A program made the position numbers and the translations under genes. This document shows positions 28,541 through 44,203 of a stretch of 64,000 nucleotides of DNA, piece by piece (positions within the stretch are counted from its first letter, which is position 1; each line of letters begins with the position of its first letter). The DNA is from the human T2T-CHM13v2.0 reference genome, Homo sapiens. The notes under the pieces were generated by a model. It did no database searches and was not told the DNA's origin. It saw only the letters and a program-made list of their open reading frames with translations. The DNA is taken from the NCBI RefSeq assembly GCF_009914755.1, contig NC_060927.1; one strand, written 5' to 3'.

Positions 28541-29012
28541 CTCTTCCCCACCCCCTAAAAAAGTCTGAAAGCTGTTATCTGTTTCTGAAAATCCAGTAAC
28601 AATTCCTTGATGTCTGGAGGGATGATTGTCTCTAGCATTGTGTGTTTGAGGACAAAAGTCAGATCAAACTAGGAACTGCCAGGAAAAAGTTCAAATCACC
28701 AGGACCAAAGCTGTCTAAGTTCCAGAATAATCCTAGCTGTCTGTGGACTCTAACAGCCTCAGGTGAAAATGGATGGACTGGAAGCACATTTAGAACTTAT
28801 TAACCAGAAGTTTGGCTCTATGACTAGGAAATAAGAAGATAAAGTCCCAGAGACTATGTACAATCGACTGGTTCACTTCTGAAATGGGAACATGCCACAT
28901 AGCCCACATGTTCTCCTTGTGCAAGTCAGGTTTAATATAGCAGCCTTTTTTTTGTTACCTTCTATGGATTATCAAAATATCAGCCAATATTAACATTTCT
29001 TATATATTTTGA

Positions 29013-30424
<1,412 letters not shown>

Positions 30425-30699
30425 AAAAATCTAGATACATTTAAATATTTCTTATATTCCTTAATTTTAAGCCCTGTTTTCTCTGTGTAGGAAACTGCAT
30501 TTCTCTAAGAAAAATCAGAGAAACTCCAGCAAACAGAGAAAAATATGAAGAAAATAAAATTATGTAATAGATACTACCAGAAAGATTAGAAAATTTAGGG
30601 AAGTAAATGGAAGAAAAGTAAAATTTATCCATAATGCTCTGATCTAGCAATACTGTTAATATTTTGCATGTTTCTTTCTGGTCTGTCTGTGTATGTATG

Positions 30700-31650
30700 C
30701 TTGTGCATATGTGTAGATAATTTCAATCTTTTTCTATTATTAGCAACACTTTGACAAATAACCATATACATAAAACTTCACCTGAATATTGGGTTAAAGG
30801 AAATGCCCATTTTAAAGGCTCTTTTTATATACTGACAAATTGCTTTCCTGGAAGCTTATATAATTAACATGCTCATCAGTGGTGCCAGGAGTATAGAGTC
30901 TATTCCAACATATTCTCATCAACACTGGTTATAATTGCCTGTCTGAATATTTGCTAGTATAATGGCAAAAAGATTTATCACATTATTCTTTTACTTTTTG
31001 ACCACTAAAGAAGTTGAATTTAAAAGTGGATTTAAAAGTATTTGTTAGCCAGTTTTATTTCTTTTGGGAATTGTTCGTTCATGTCCTTTGCCCCATTCCT
31101 ATTAGAGTATTAATGTCTTTTTATTAATCTTATATTGATGATTAAGAAAGCAAGGGTTTTTATCTCTTATATTTGTGGCAAATACTTTTCCAGACATATT
31201 TTTTAAACTTTCAATTGTTTTGAAGTTTTTAAATAAAAGCTTAAATTTTTTTTCCTGTCAAATCTTTTTTTTTTTTGGTTATTCTTTGTGGTTTGTTCCA
31301 TTGTTTTTATGTTTAGAAATTCCTCTTTCATTCTGTGACCAGATAGGCATTTATTTATACTCTTGTTTGGTTTTCAGAAGAAAATAGTTTTATTTTTAAT
31401 TTTGAAGCCTATGCTCCAGTTAGAGTTTTCTTTTGTGGATTTAGGTAAGGATCCAAACTTGATTTCTTGCCATTTCCATAATTAACTCACTGATTTAGCT
31501 CCATTTAAAAAATAGTTCTGCTTAATTCATGTAGAATACCAAATTCATTTGTTTCATTCTTTTTAATTGCTTTGTCTGTCACTATTTTGCTGTATTATTT
31601 AGATTACTGTAGCTTTATTATGTGTTTTGATATTTGTTTAGAACACTTTA
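30700..31650 (-). mobile_element. Ancient L1ME ORF2 3' fragment
   Basis: gaattgttcgttcatgtcctttgcccc, gtggcaaatacttttcc, gattactgtagctttat. Confidence 0.6.
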
Positions 31651-32419
31651 TTTATTTAAACTTTTTATTTTTATTTTATTCTCAAGATGGTGGATTAGAG
31701 CTTTTGGCATGCCTTGGCCTCATGGAAATGGTAAGATGGTACATAAAGATCAACTCTCTGAGCTGTAATTCAGGAAGGAAAATGGGAATCCACAGGAATC
31801 ATGAAGGACGCCCCAGGTGCCAGGGAGGAGAATGTGGGCAAACAGTCCCCATGATGGTGTTACAGCTGATAGAAGTGAGTTAAGCCCCAGTAAGTGAGAG
31901 AAGCAGAGAGCCCCCCTTTGTGACTCACCTTTCCAGTTGGGATCTGAATAACCCAAGCCGAGGGAGGGCACTTAGTTTCTCCCAAGCCCCAAAGCTACCT
32001 TGGGAAGAGGCTTGGAGGTGCTGAGAGGGAAATACACTGGGAAAAGCTGCAGGCATTCCCAGACCCATGACTAAGAGTAAGACACCATTTTCAATCTGGG
32101 TGCATACAAAGTCAGCCAATTGCCAGGTACCCAGCAGCATGGTCATGCAGGCATCATTGTCTTGGGCCAGATATTGGAGCACTCGCTCTGGAGTGAGGTA
32201 GGGGCCTCCACAGCTAGAATTGTGAAAAGCACCTCAGTAGTAGGCACTTCAGTTGTGCTCTCTGTCATCACAGGCCTGGGTGGGAGGAGAGCTGCTACAG
32301 CTGCAGTTTCTCCTAGGTGACGAGACAGGCAGCCAGGGCCAGTTTGATGACCTGGAACCAGTCTGTGTGTGTCATTGCTGGGTGCCTCAGCCTGCTCCTC
32401 TGAGATCAGGAAACAGTGA

Positions 32420-33260
32420 AACTTTCTCTGCTACACCCCTAGACAGAACTCCAGGTATTTGGAGCACACATTTGCCTGGACTAGCAGCCTGAGCTACCCA
32501 TCCTTCCTGGGCATACATTGAGGTGCAGCAGGGCCCTCTCTGCTTCACTCCCAGGTATATCTCCAGGTATTTGGATGACCTGCTTACCCAAATCAGCAGT
32601 CAGACCCACCCAACCCTCCCTGTACAGAAATCCTGGTGCAAGTTGGCTCTCTCTGCTTCAAGTCTAGGCAGAGATCCAGGCATATGGAGCTCCTGCTTGC
32701 CTGGTTCAGCAGCCTGAGTCACCCCAACTTTCCTTGGCAGAGATACTGGCTCAGAGGGGATCACTGTACTCCATACCTAAGCAGATCTCCAGGCATTTGG
32801 AGCACCTATTTACATGAACTGGTAGTGTGAGCTGCCTCAACCTTCCTGCACAGAGATTGTGGTGGAGCAGGGTCTTCTCCACTCTATGCCCAGTAGTCAG
32901 AACACTCACATACCTGGATCTGCAGTGTGAGCTTCCCCATGATTCCTATGCAGAAATGGTGGTGAAGTGGGGCCATCTTTGCTCCACACCTAGTCATATC
33001 TCCAGGCATTCAGGCATTCAGAGCAACAGGTCCTCTGAATTACTGGCCTGAGCTGCCCACCCTTCCTGTGCAGAGATTGTGGTGTAGTGGGGCCCTTTGC
33101 ACTCCAAGTCCAGGCAGATCTCCAAACACTTGCTGCACTAACTCTCCTGGGTTAGGAATTTAGGCTGGCCCTCATGCCAGTGCAGAGAACTGGCGGCTAA
33201 GGGGGTTTCTCAGCTCCATGCTTAGGCACACCTCTGGGTACTTGGTGGATACCCATTGAA
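32420..33260 (+). repeat. About 8 degenerate tandem units of about 113 bp in the L1 5'UTR
   Basis: Anchor ctccagg(c/t)atttgga recurs at 32449, 32561, 32674, 32787, 33000, 33120 and about 33232. Confidence 0.85.
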
Positions 33261-36200
33261 TTCTTGCTTAGCACTAGTGCTTGTGGCTGCCTCAGGGAAC
33301 CAGTAGGAGGGTCTGCTGGGTCTGGGCCTGCCCATCTTGATTTGTCACCTTGGGGCTCATTAGGAAGCTCAGACCACTGTGCACTCCACAGATCAGACCA
33401 CTACCTGAGGCAACAGAGAGCTTTTCTCAGGAAACAAGGATCAAGTATATATCCATCCACATTGGCTTCACTTGGCTCTTACTTATAATCACCATCTATT
33501 GACCTGTAGGTCAAAATAAACAGCCCAATATAAACCTGCTGACCAGGGTGCACAGGACTATAGAAGCAAAGCTAAATGATTCTGCTCAACATTCTCTACA
33601 GTCACAACCCCTAGGGTGGGGGAAAGGGAATAAAAACAACTCAATATGGTAAGAAAAGAGAAACAGAAAAAAAACCTATGAAAATAATTACAAAAATTAG
33701 AAGTGCCAGTATCTCCAGATGAGAAGAGCTGGCAGAATAATTCTGGTATCACAAGAAATCTGAATGTCATGACACCAACAAAGGATCACACTAGCTCTGT
33801 AGCAATGGTGAATAATAAAAATGGAAACTCAGAAATGACAGGTAAAGAATTCAAAGCATGAATTGGAAGGAAGCTCAATGAGACCCAGGAGAAAGTTGGA
33901 AATCAACACAAGGAAACTTCTACAGCAGCTCAGAAAATGAAAGAGAAAATAAACATCTTAAAAATAAATCAGAGCTTCTGGAATACAAAAAACTCACTTA
34001 AGGAATTTCAAAATACAATCAAAAGCTTTCCCAATAGACAAGACCAGGAAAAATAAGACCTAGAAGAATTAGAAAAACCAGAACAAACTAACTCAAACTA
34101 ACTACAAAGCTAGTGGAAGAAAATGAATAACTAAAATTAGAGCAGACCTAAACAAAATTGACACTCCAAAATGCATACTAAGAATCAATGAAACCAAGAG
34201 TTGATTGTTTGAAAGGCTAAACAAAATTGATAGACTGCTAGCTAGATTAACAAAGAAAAAAAAAGATCAAAATGAGCATAATCCAAAATGACAAAGATGA
34301 CATTACAACCAATCCCACAGAAATACAAAAGAGACTAGTATAAATACCCCTATGCACACACACTAGAAAATCTAAAGGAAATGGATAAGTAATTGGAAAC
34401 ACACAACCTCTGAGGACTGAATCAAGAAAAAATGGAAACACTGAACAGATCAATATTAAGTTCTGAAATTGAATCAGTCATAAAAAACCCTACCAATAAA
34501 AAAAAAAAAAAACACAACCCTGGACCAGATAGACATACAGCTGAATTCTACCAGATCTACAGAGATGAGCTGGTACTAACCCTACTGAAACTATTCAAAA
34601 AATCAAGGAGGGACTCCTCTCTAAATGCATTCTATGAAGTTTGTGTCACTCTGATACCAAAACCTGGCAAAGACACAACAACAAACTACAGGTCAGTATC
34701 CTTGATGAACACTGATGCAAAAATTCTCAACAAAACATTAACAAATTGAATTCATCACTACAGCAAAAAGATTATGATCAAATAGGCTATATCCCTGGGA
34801 TGCAAGTTGGCTTAACATAAGCAAATCAATAAATGTGACTCCCCACATGAACAGAATTAAAAACGAAAACCATATGATCATCTCAATAGATGCAGACAGC
34901 TTTTGATAAAATTCAACATGCCTTCATGATAAAAATACTCAACAAACTAGGCATCAAAGGGATGTAACTCAAAATAATAAGCTCTATCTATGACAAATCC
35001 ACAGCCTACAGGATACTGAATGGGAAAAAGCTGGAGGCCTTCCCCTTAAGAACTGGAACAAGACAAGGATACCCACTCTCACTACTCATATTCAAAATAG
35101 TATTGGAAGTCCTAGCCAGAGCAATGAGACAAGAAAAATAAAAGACATCCAAATAGGGAAAAAAATCAAATTATATCTCTTCACTGACAATATGATTCTA
35201 TGTACAGAAATCACTAAAACCTTCACCAAATGCCTCTGGAACTGATAAATGACTTTGCTAATGTTTCAAGATATAAAATCAATGTACAAAAATAAGTAGC
35301 ATTTCTATACACAAATAACATTCACGCTGAGAGTGAAATCAAGAACAAAATCCCATTTACAGTAGCTAAAAAAAAAAAAAAAAAACCACCCAGGAATACC
35401 CCTAACCAGGGAGGTGAAGGATCTTTACAAGGATAATTATAAAACACTACTTACATAAATCAGAGATTACAGAAATAGAAAAGCATTCCATTCCCATGGA
35501 TTTAAAGAATCAATATCATTTAAATGGCTATACTGCCCAAAGCAATCTGCAGATTCAGTGTTATTCCTATCAAACTACCAATGTCATTTTTCATAGAATT
35601 AGAAAAGTTTATTCTAAAATTCCTGTGGAACCATAAAAGAGCCTGAATAGCCAAAGCAATCTTAAGCACAAAGAACAAACCTGGAGGCATCACATTACCA
35701 AACTTCAAACTATATTTTAAGGCTATAGTAACCAAAAACACATGGTGCTGGCACAAAAACAGACACATAGACCAGTGGAACATAATAGATAACCCAGAAA
35801 TAAAGCCACATACTTACAGCTATTAGATCTTCAACAAAGTCGACAAAAATAAGCAATGGGGGAAGGACTCTCTATTCAATAAATGGTGCTGGGATAGTTG
35901 TCTAGCCATATGCAGAAGAATGAAACTGGACCCCTATCCTTCACTATATATAAAATTAATTCAAGATGGTTTAAATATTTAAGTATAAGATCTCAAACTA
36001 TAAGAATCCTAGAAGAAAACTGGGAAATACCATTCTGGACATTGGTTTTGGCAAAGAGTTTATGATTAAGTTCTCGAAAGCAACTGCAACAAAAACAAAA
36101 ACTGACAAGTGGGACCTAATTAAACTCAGCAAAATAAATTGTCAACAGAGTAAACCGCCCACAGAATGGTCAAAAATATTTGCAAATTATGCATCCAATA

Positions 36201-36286
36201 AAGATCTAATATCCAGAGTCTGTAAACAACTCAACAAGCAAAAACAACAACAACAACAACAAAAAACCCATTAAAAAGAAGGCAAA

Positions 36287-36684
36287 CCATCAGTGGTAGA
36301 CTGGATAAAGAAAATGTGGTACATATATACCACGGAATACTATGCGACATAAAAAAGAATGAGATAATATCCTTTACAGTAACATGGATAGAACTGGAGA
36401 CCATTATCCTAAGCAAACTAATCTAAGAACAGAAAACCAAATACCGTATATTCTCACTTATAAGCGAGAGCTAAACAATGAGAACACAGGGACACAAAGA
36501 GGGAAGTAACAAACACTGGAGCCTACCTTAAGGTGGAAGGTGGGAGGAGAGAGAGGATAAAAAAATACTTATACTATACTTATTATCTGGGGGGCTGAAT
36601 AATCTGTACACCAATCTCTGCAACACACAGTTTACCTATATAACAATCCTGCACATGTACCTCTAAACCTAAAATAAAAGTTAA
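36287..36684 (+). mobile_element. Short L1PA15/16 3' end nested in the host L1
   Basis: 3'UTR and tail; TSD aaaaag(aa/tg)ggcaaa at 36273-36286 and 36685-36698; host ORF2 resumes afterwards. Confidence 0.85.
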
Positions 36685-36854
36685 AAAAAGTGGGCAAAGG
36701 ACAGGAACAGATACTTTTCAAAAGAATATGTACAAGCAGCCAACAAACATATGAAAAACATGCCCCACATCACTAATCCTGAGAGAAATGCAAATCAAAA
36801 CCACAATGAGATACCATCTCATACCAATCAGAATGGCTTTTATTAAAAAGTCAT

Positions 36855-37173
36855 GGCCGAGCGTGGTGGCTCACGCCTGTAATCCCAGCACCTTGGGAGG
36901 CTGAAGCAAGCGAATCACCTGAGGTCAAGAGTTCGAGACCAGCCTGGCCAACAAGGTGAAACCCCATCTCTACTAAAAATACAAAAATTAGCCAGGTGTG
37001 GTGGCACATGCCTGTAGTCCCAGCTACTTGGGAGGCTGAGGCAGGAGAATCGCTTGAACCTAGAAGGTTGCAGTGAGCCCAGATCGCACCTTTTCACTCC
37101 AGCCTGGGCAACACAGCAAGACTGTCTCAAAAAAAAAACAAAAAAAAAAAACAAAAAAAAACAAAATAAACCC
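36855..37173 (+). mobile_element. AluSx-like
   Basis: Full dimer; TSD aaaaagtca. Confidence 0.9.
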
Positions 37174-37719
37174 AAAAAGTCAAAAAACAACAAATACAAG
37201 GGAACACTTATACACCGTTGGTGGGAATGTAAATTGGTTCAGCCACGGTGTAAAGCAGTTTGGAGATTTCTCACAGAACTTAAAACAGATAAGATAATAT
37301 TTGGCTAACAATATCTTTTGTAGTCTCTCTCAATTTCCCTTTAAAATACTTACAAGACACAGGAAAGACAGAAACACAAAGCAACGCCAGACTAGATGGA
37401 TATAGCTTATAAAATCTGCATTAAACATCTATAATCATAACATAAATAGTACTGAAGTTAGGGTCTCCCTGTACTCTCTCTTCCTCATAACCAAAAAAGG
37501 AGAAAGTACATCCTCCTTTTGGAAAAGAAGATAGTTCATGTTCATCGATCCAAGTGTCATCAAACAGAAAATTAGATAGGTATCTTTTACTGTGAGACAT
37601 ATTCTCTCTAATCAGTGGTGTGAGAACTGTATTTACCCTTATATTTCAACACATATTCCAAACAGAAGAAGAATCAAAGACATAGTTGCTTATTTGATGA
37701 GTTGATCAACTGGGAATCT

Positions 37720-38388
37720 ATTGATCCTCCTCATCATTGTTTCTCAACCCCCTCATGTTTTCACTTCTCCCCTTACCTACCTTAAATTACATCATCAATC
37801 TTTATAATTGCTCATTTGTCCTTTTGTTCTATTTTATTGTCTGGAAAACCTCCAACCTTGATTAAACGTACTGACACGAAACCTGTCTTGTGCACCTGAA
37901 AGTTGATGGAGAAAATCACTCAACTAGACTGACATGAGTTAGCTTAAATTCCTCCCACTAACTCTAGAGGGCCCTTCATGGTGTCTATAAATATTGCCAC
38001 ATGTCCAGTTTGTTCACACTCCTGCTTTCCTACCAACTACTTCTCCCTCTAACCCTAAAATATGTCATGTTTCTCCTTATGTTCTTCTCTAGCCACAGTT
38101 CTATTTCTCTTGTTCCCCTAAAGCTTCAAAACTCCCGGAACTGCTTTTCTATATGTCTCCAAGTTGTCTCCTCTCATTTCCTCTTAGAGCACTGCCATCA
38201 CCTCAAGCACCCCACCAAAATTTGTCTTTGACCTTTACATTGCTAAATCTAAAGAAATTTTTTTTCCTTTTCTTGTTTGAACTATAACGAGCATTTCACA
38301 CAGTCTATCCCTCCTTTCTTCTAGAAATTTTTTCTTCACTTGACCCTCTGGTCAAGCATCAGACTCTCTGGTCCTCCTCTTGTATCCC
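37720..38388 (+). mobile_element. L2 internal fragment
   Basis: tgacctttacattgctaaatctaaag, gcatttcacacagt, ttcttctagaaattttttcttcacttg motifs. Confidence 0.6.
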
Positions 38389-38404
38389 AGGAGTATAAGC
38401 ATAG

Positions 38405-39288
38405 TTCAATAAGGGCATGACAAGGTCACTACTGCTATTTTCTATTGTCTTGGAAATTCTAGACAAGGCAGTAAAATATAATAAATTAGAGGTAAATATA
38501 TATACATGGAGACAATAAAATTATTATAAAGTATAGAGGATTATTTTCCTAGAAAATTTCAAGAGAATCAGTAAGAAAACCCATGAAAATCAACAAGAGT
38601 TCAGAAAGGTGGCCAAATGAATAATAAATATATAAAAATCAGTAGCTTTTCTGTATTCCAGCAATGACCACTTTAAAATATATTGAAAAAGAGATACATA
38701 ATAGTAACAAAAATTTTAGTTTTCTAAAAATTTCAACACAAAATCTAGAGTTCCTAATTGAAAAGAACTGCAAAAGATTACTAAGAACATGAAGGATGAC
38801 TCAACAAAATCAAAAGACATAATTGCAAGAATCTTAAAGTGGAAAGTGAATAGCTTATGCAAATGTTGGAGACTGCCTCTGAAACCCTCATTACCAAAAT
38901 AGATACCATGGTCCTGAATTAGAACTCTAAGTATCAGAGAGATGTCAATCTTGGCAGATTAATCTACGTGTTTAATAAAATTCTAATCAAAATCTTAATA
39001 TGACATTTTCTATAGTGTCAATGTTGTTCTCAAGTTCTCCAAGAAGACTTTACAAGCAGGACAAGAGAGAATCATTGCAAAAACTAGGGAAATCCAAATG
39101 AAGTCTGATGTTTAATTAATAATGTGCCAACTTTAATTTCTTCATTTTGATACTTGTCCAATGGTTATGAAAGGTGTTAATATTAAGTGAGGCTGAGTGA
39201 AAGGCGTAAGGAAGGCTGAGTGAAAGGCACTCTCTATGTTATCTTTGTAAACCTTTTGTAGATCTAAATTTCCTTCAAAATAAAAAGG
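38405..39288 (+). mobile_element. Ancient L1M (ME/MC/MD) ORF2 and 3'UTR fragments
   Basis: aaaatcagtagcttttctgtattccagcaatgacca; 3' end tctttgtaaacctttt...aaaataaaaagg. Confidence 0.65.
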
Positions 39289-40389
39289 TTATTTATTTTT
39301 TGTGATTTTAACTCTTATTTTAGATTCAGGGGGTACATATGTGGGTTTGTTGCATGGGTATATTGTGTGATGCCAAGGTTTGGGATACGAGTCATTCTGT
39401 AACCCAGATAGTGAGCATAGTACCCAAAAGTATCCTCCACCCTCTACTGGTCCCCATTGTCTATTTTTGCCATTGTTATATTCATGAGTGACCAATATTT
39501 AGCTCCCACTTATAAGTAAGAACATACGGCATTTCATTTACTGTTCTTGCTTTAATTGGTTTAGGATAATAGCCTCCAGCTGCATAATTGTTGCTACAAA
39601 GGACATGATTTTCTTCTTTTTTATGGCTGTGTAGTATTCCTTGGTGGATATGTATTACATTTTCTTTATCCAATCCACCAATGATGGGCACCTAGGCTGA
39701 TTCCATGTCTTTGCTATTGTGAGTAGTGCTGCAAGAAACATATGTGTATCCATGTCTTTTTTTGTAGAAGGATTTATTTTGCTTTGGGTATATAGCTAAT
39801 AATGGCATTACTGGTTTGAATGGTAGTCCTGTTTTAAGTTTTCTGAGAAATCTCCAAACTGCTTTACACAATGGCTGAACTCATATACATTCCCACCAAC
39901 ATTTTATATGCATTCTCTTTTCTCTGCAGCCTTGCCAGTATCTGTTGTTGTTTGACTCTTTAATAATAGCCATTCTGACTGGTATGAGATGGTATCTTAT
40001 TGTCATTATGATTTGCATTTCTCTGATAATTAGTGATGTGGAGAATTTTTTCATACTTTCTTTTGGCTGCTTGTATGTCTTCTTTTGAGAAGTGTTTATT
40101 CAAGTCCTTTGTCCATTTTAAAATAGGGTTATTTATTTTTTGCTTGTTGATTTATTTAAATTCCTTGTAGATTCTGGATTTTTGACCTTTGTTGGATGCA
40201 TAGTTTGCAAATAATTTTCCCATTCTGTAGATTGTTTGTTTACTCTGTTGACAGTTTCTTTTGCTGTGTAAAAGCTCTTTAGTTTAATTAGTTCTCACTT
40301 GTCAATTTTTGGTTTTTGTTGCAATTGCTTTTGAGGATATGCTGATAAATTCTTTGTCAAAGCTGATGTCAAGAATGGTGTTTCCCAGG

Positions 40390-40769
40390 TGTATGAGTCT
40401 GTTCTCATGCTGCTAATAAAGACATACCTGAGACTGAATAATTTATAAAGGAAAGAGGTTTAATTGACTCACAGTTCAGTATGGCTGGGGAGGCCTCAGG
40501 AAACTTACAATCATGGTGGAAGGAGAAGCAAGCACATCCTTCCTCACATGGCAGCAGCAAGGAAAATTAATGAGCAAAAGGGGGAAAAGCCCCTTATAAA
40601 ACCATCAGATCTCGAGAGAACTCACTCACTATCATGAGAAGAGCAGCATGGGCGTAACCACCTCTGTGATTCAATTACCTCCCACCAGGTCTCTCCCATG
40701 ACATGTGGAGATGATGGGAACTAAAATTCAAGATGAGATTTGGGTGGGGACACAGCCAATCCCATATCA
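40390..40769 (-). mobile_element. THE1C-like solo LTR (MaLR)
   Basis: TG...CA ends; aaagacatacctgagactg...ccatatca; 5-bp TSD ccagg/ctagg. Confidence 0.9.
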
Positions 40770-41269
40770 CTAGGTTTTCTTCTAGAATTTTTGTAGTTTG
40801 AGGTTTTGCATTTGACTCTTTAATCCATCTTGAGTTAATTTTTGTATGTGGTGCAAGGTGGGGGTCCAGTTTCATTCTTCTGCATATGACTAGCCAGCTA
40901 TCCCAGCACCATTTATTGAATAGGGAGTCCTTTCCCCATTGCTCACTTTTGTCAACTTATGTCAAAGATCATATTGCCATAATTGTGTGGCTTTATTTCT
41001 TGGTTCTCTATACTGTTCTATTGGTCTATGTGTCTGTTTTTGTACCAGTATCATGCTGTTTTGGTTACTGTAGCCTTATAGTATAGTTTGAATTGGGTAA
41101 TGTGAGCCTCTTACTTTGTTCTTTTTACTTAGGATTACTTTGGCTATATGGGCTCTTCATGATTCCATATGAATTTTAGAATAAAATTTTCTAATTCTAC
41201 AAAAATAACATTAGTAGTTTGATAATAATAGTGTCGAATCTATAGATTGCTTTGGGCAGTATGGCTGTT

Positions 41270-44002
<2,733 letters not shown>

Positions 44003-44203
44003 CCATTTTAATAATATTGATTCTTCCAATCTATGAACATGAAATGCTTTTCCACTTGTTTGTATCATCTCTGATTTCTTTCAGCAGTGTTTTACAGTTC
44101 TCCTTGTAGAGATCTTTCACCTCTACAAGGATTCTAAAATAAAGATATTTTAAAAGGTATTTTAATTTTTGTGGCCATTGTAAATGGGATTTTGTTCTTA
44201 ATC

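Larger units (their letters stand above)
31682..37288 (+). mobile_element. Old L1 (L1PA15-17/L1P4 class) with 5'UTR, a large ORF1-EN deletion near 34058, ORF2 remnant and no 3'UTR
   Basis: Starts CAAGATGG; ORF1 start region near 33720; ORF2 motifs in ORFs 34432-34749 and 36062-36274; breaks off near 37288. Confidence 0.85.

Noticed and set aside
32420-33260. CRISPR-like repeat array
   Set aside because: The units are homologous along their whole length with no unique spacers, they lie in an L1 5'UTR, and the DNA is primate.
36287-36698. L1 3'UTR in the middle of ORF2 as an internal rearrangement or circular permutation
   Set aside because: A flanking 14-bp TSD shows an ordinary nested L1 insertion.
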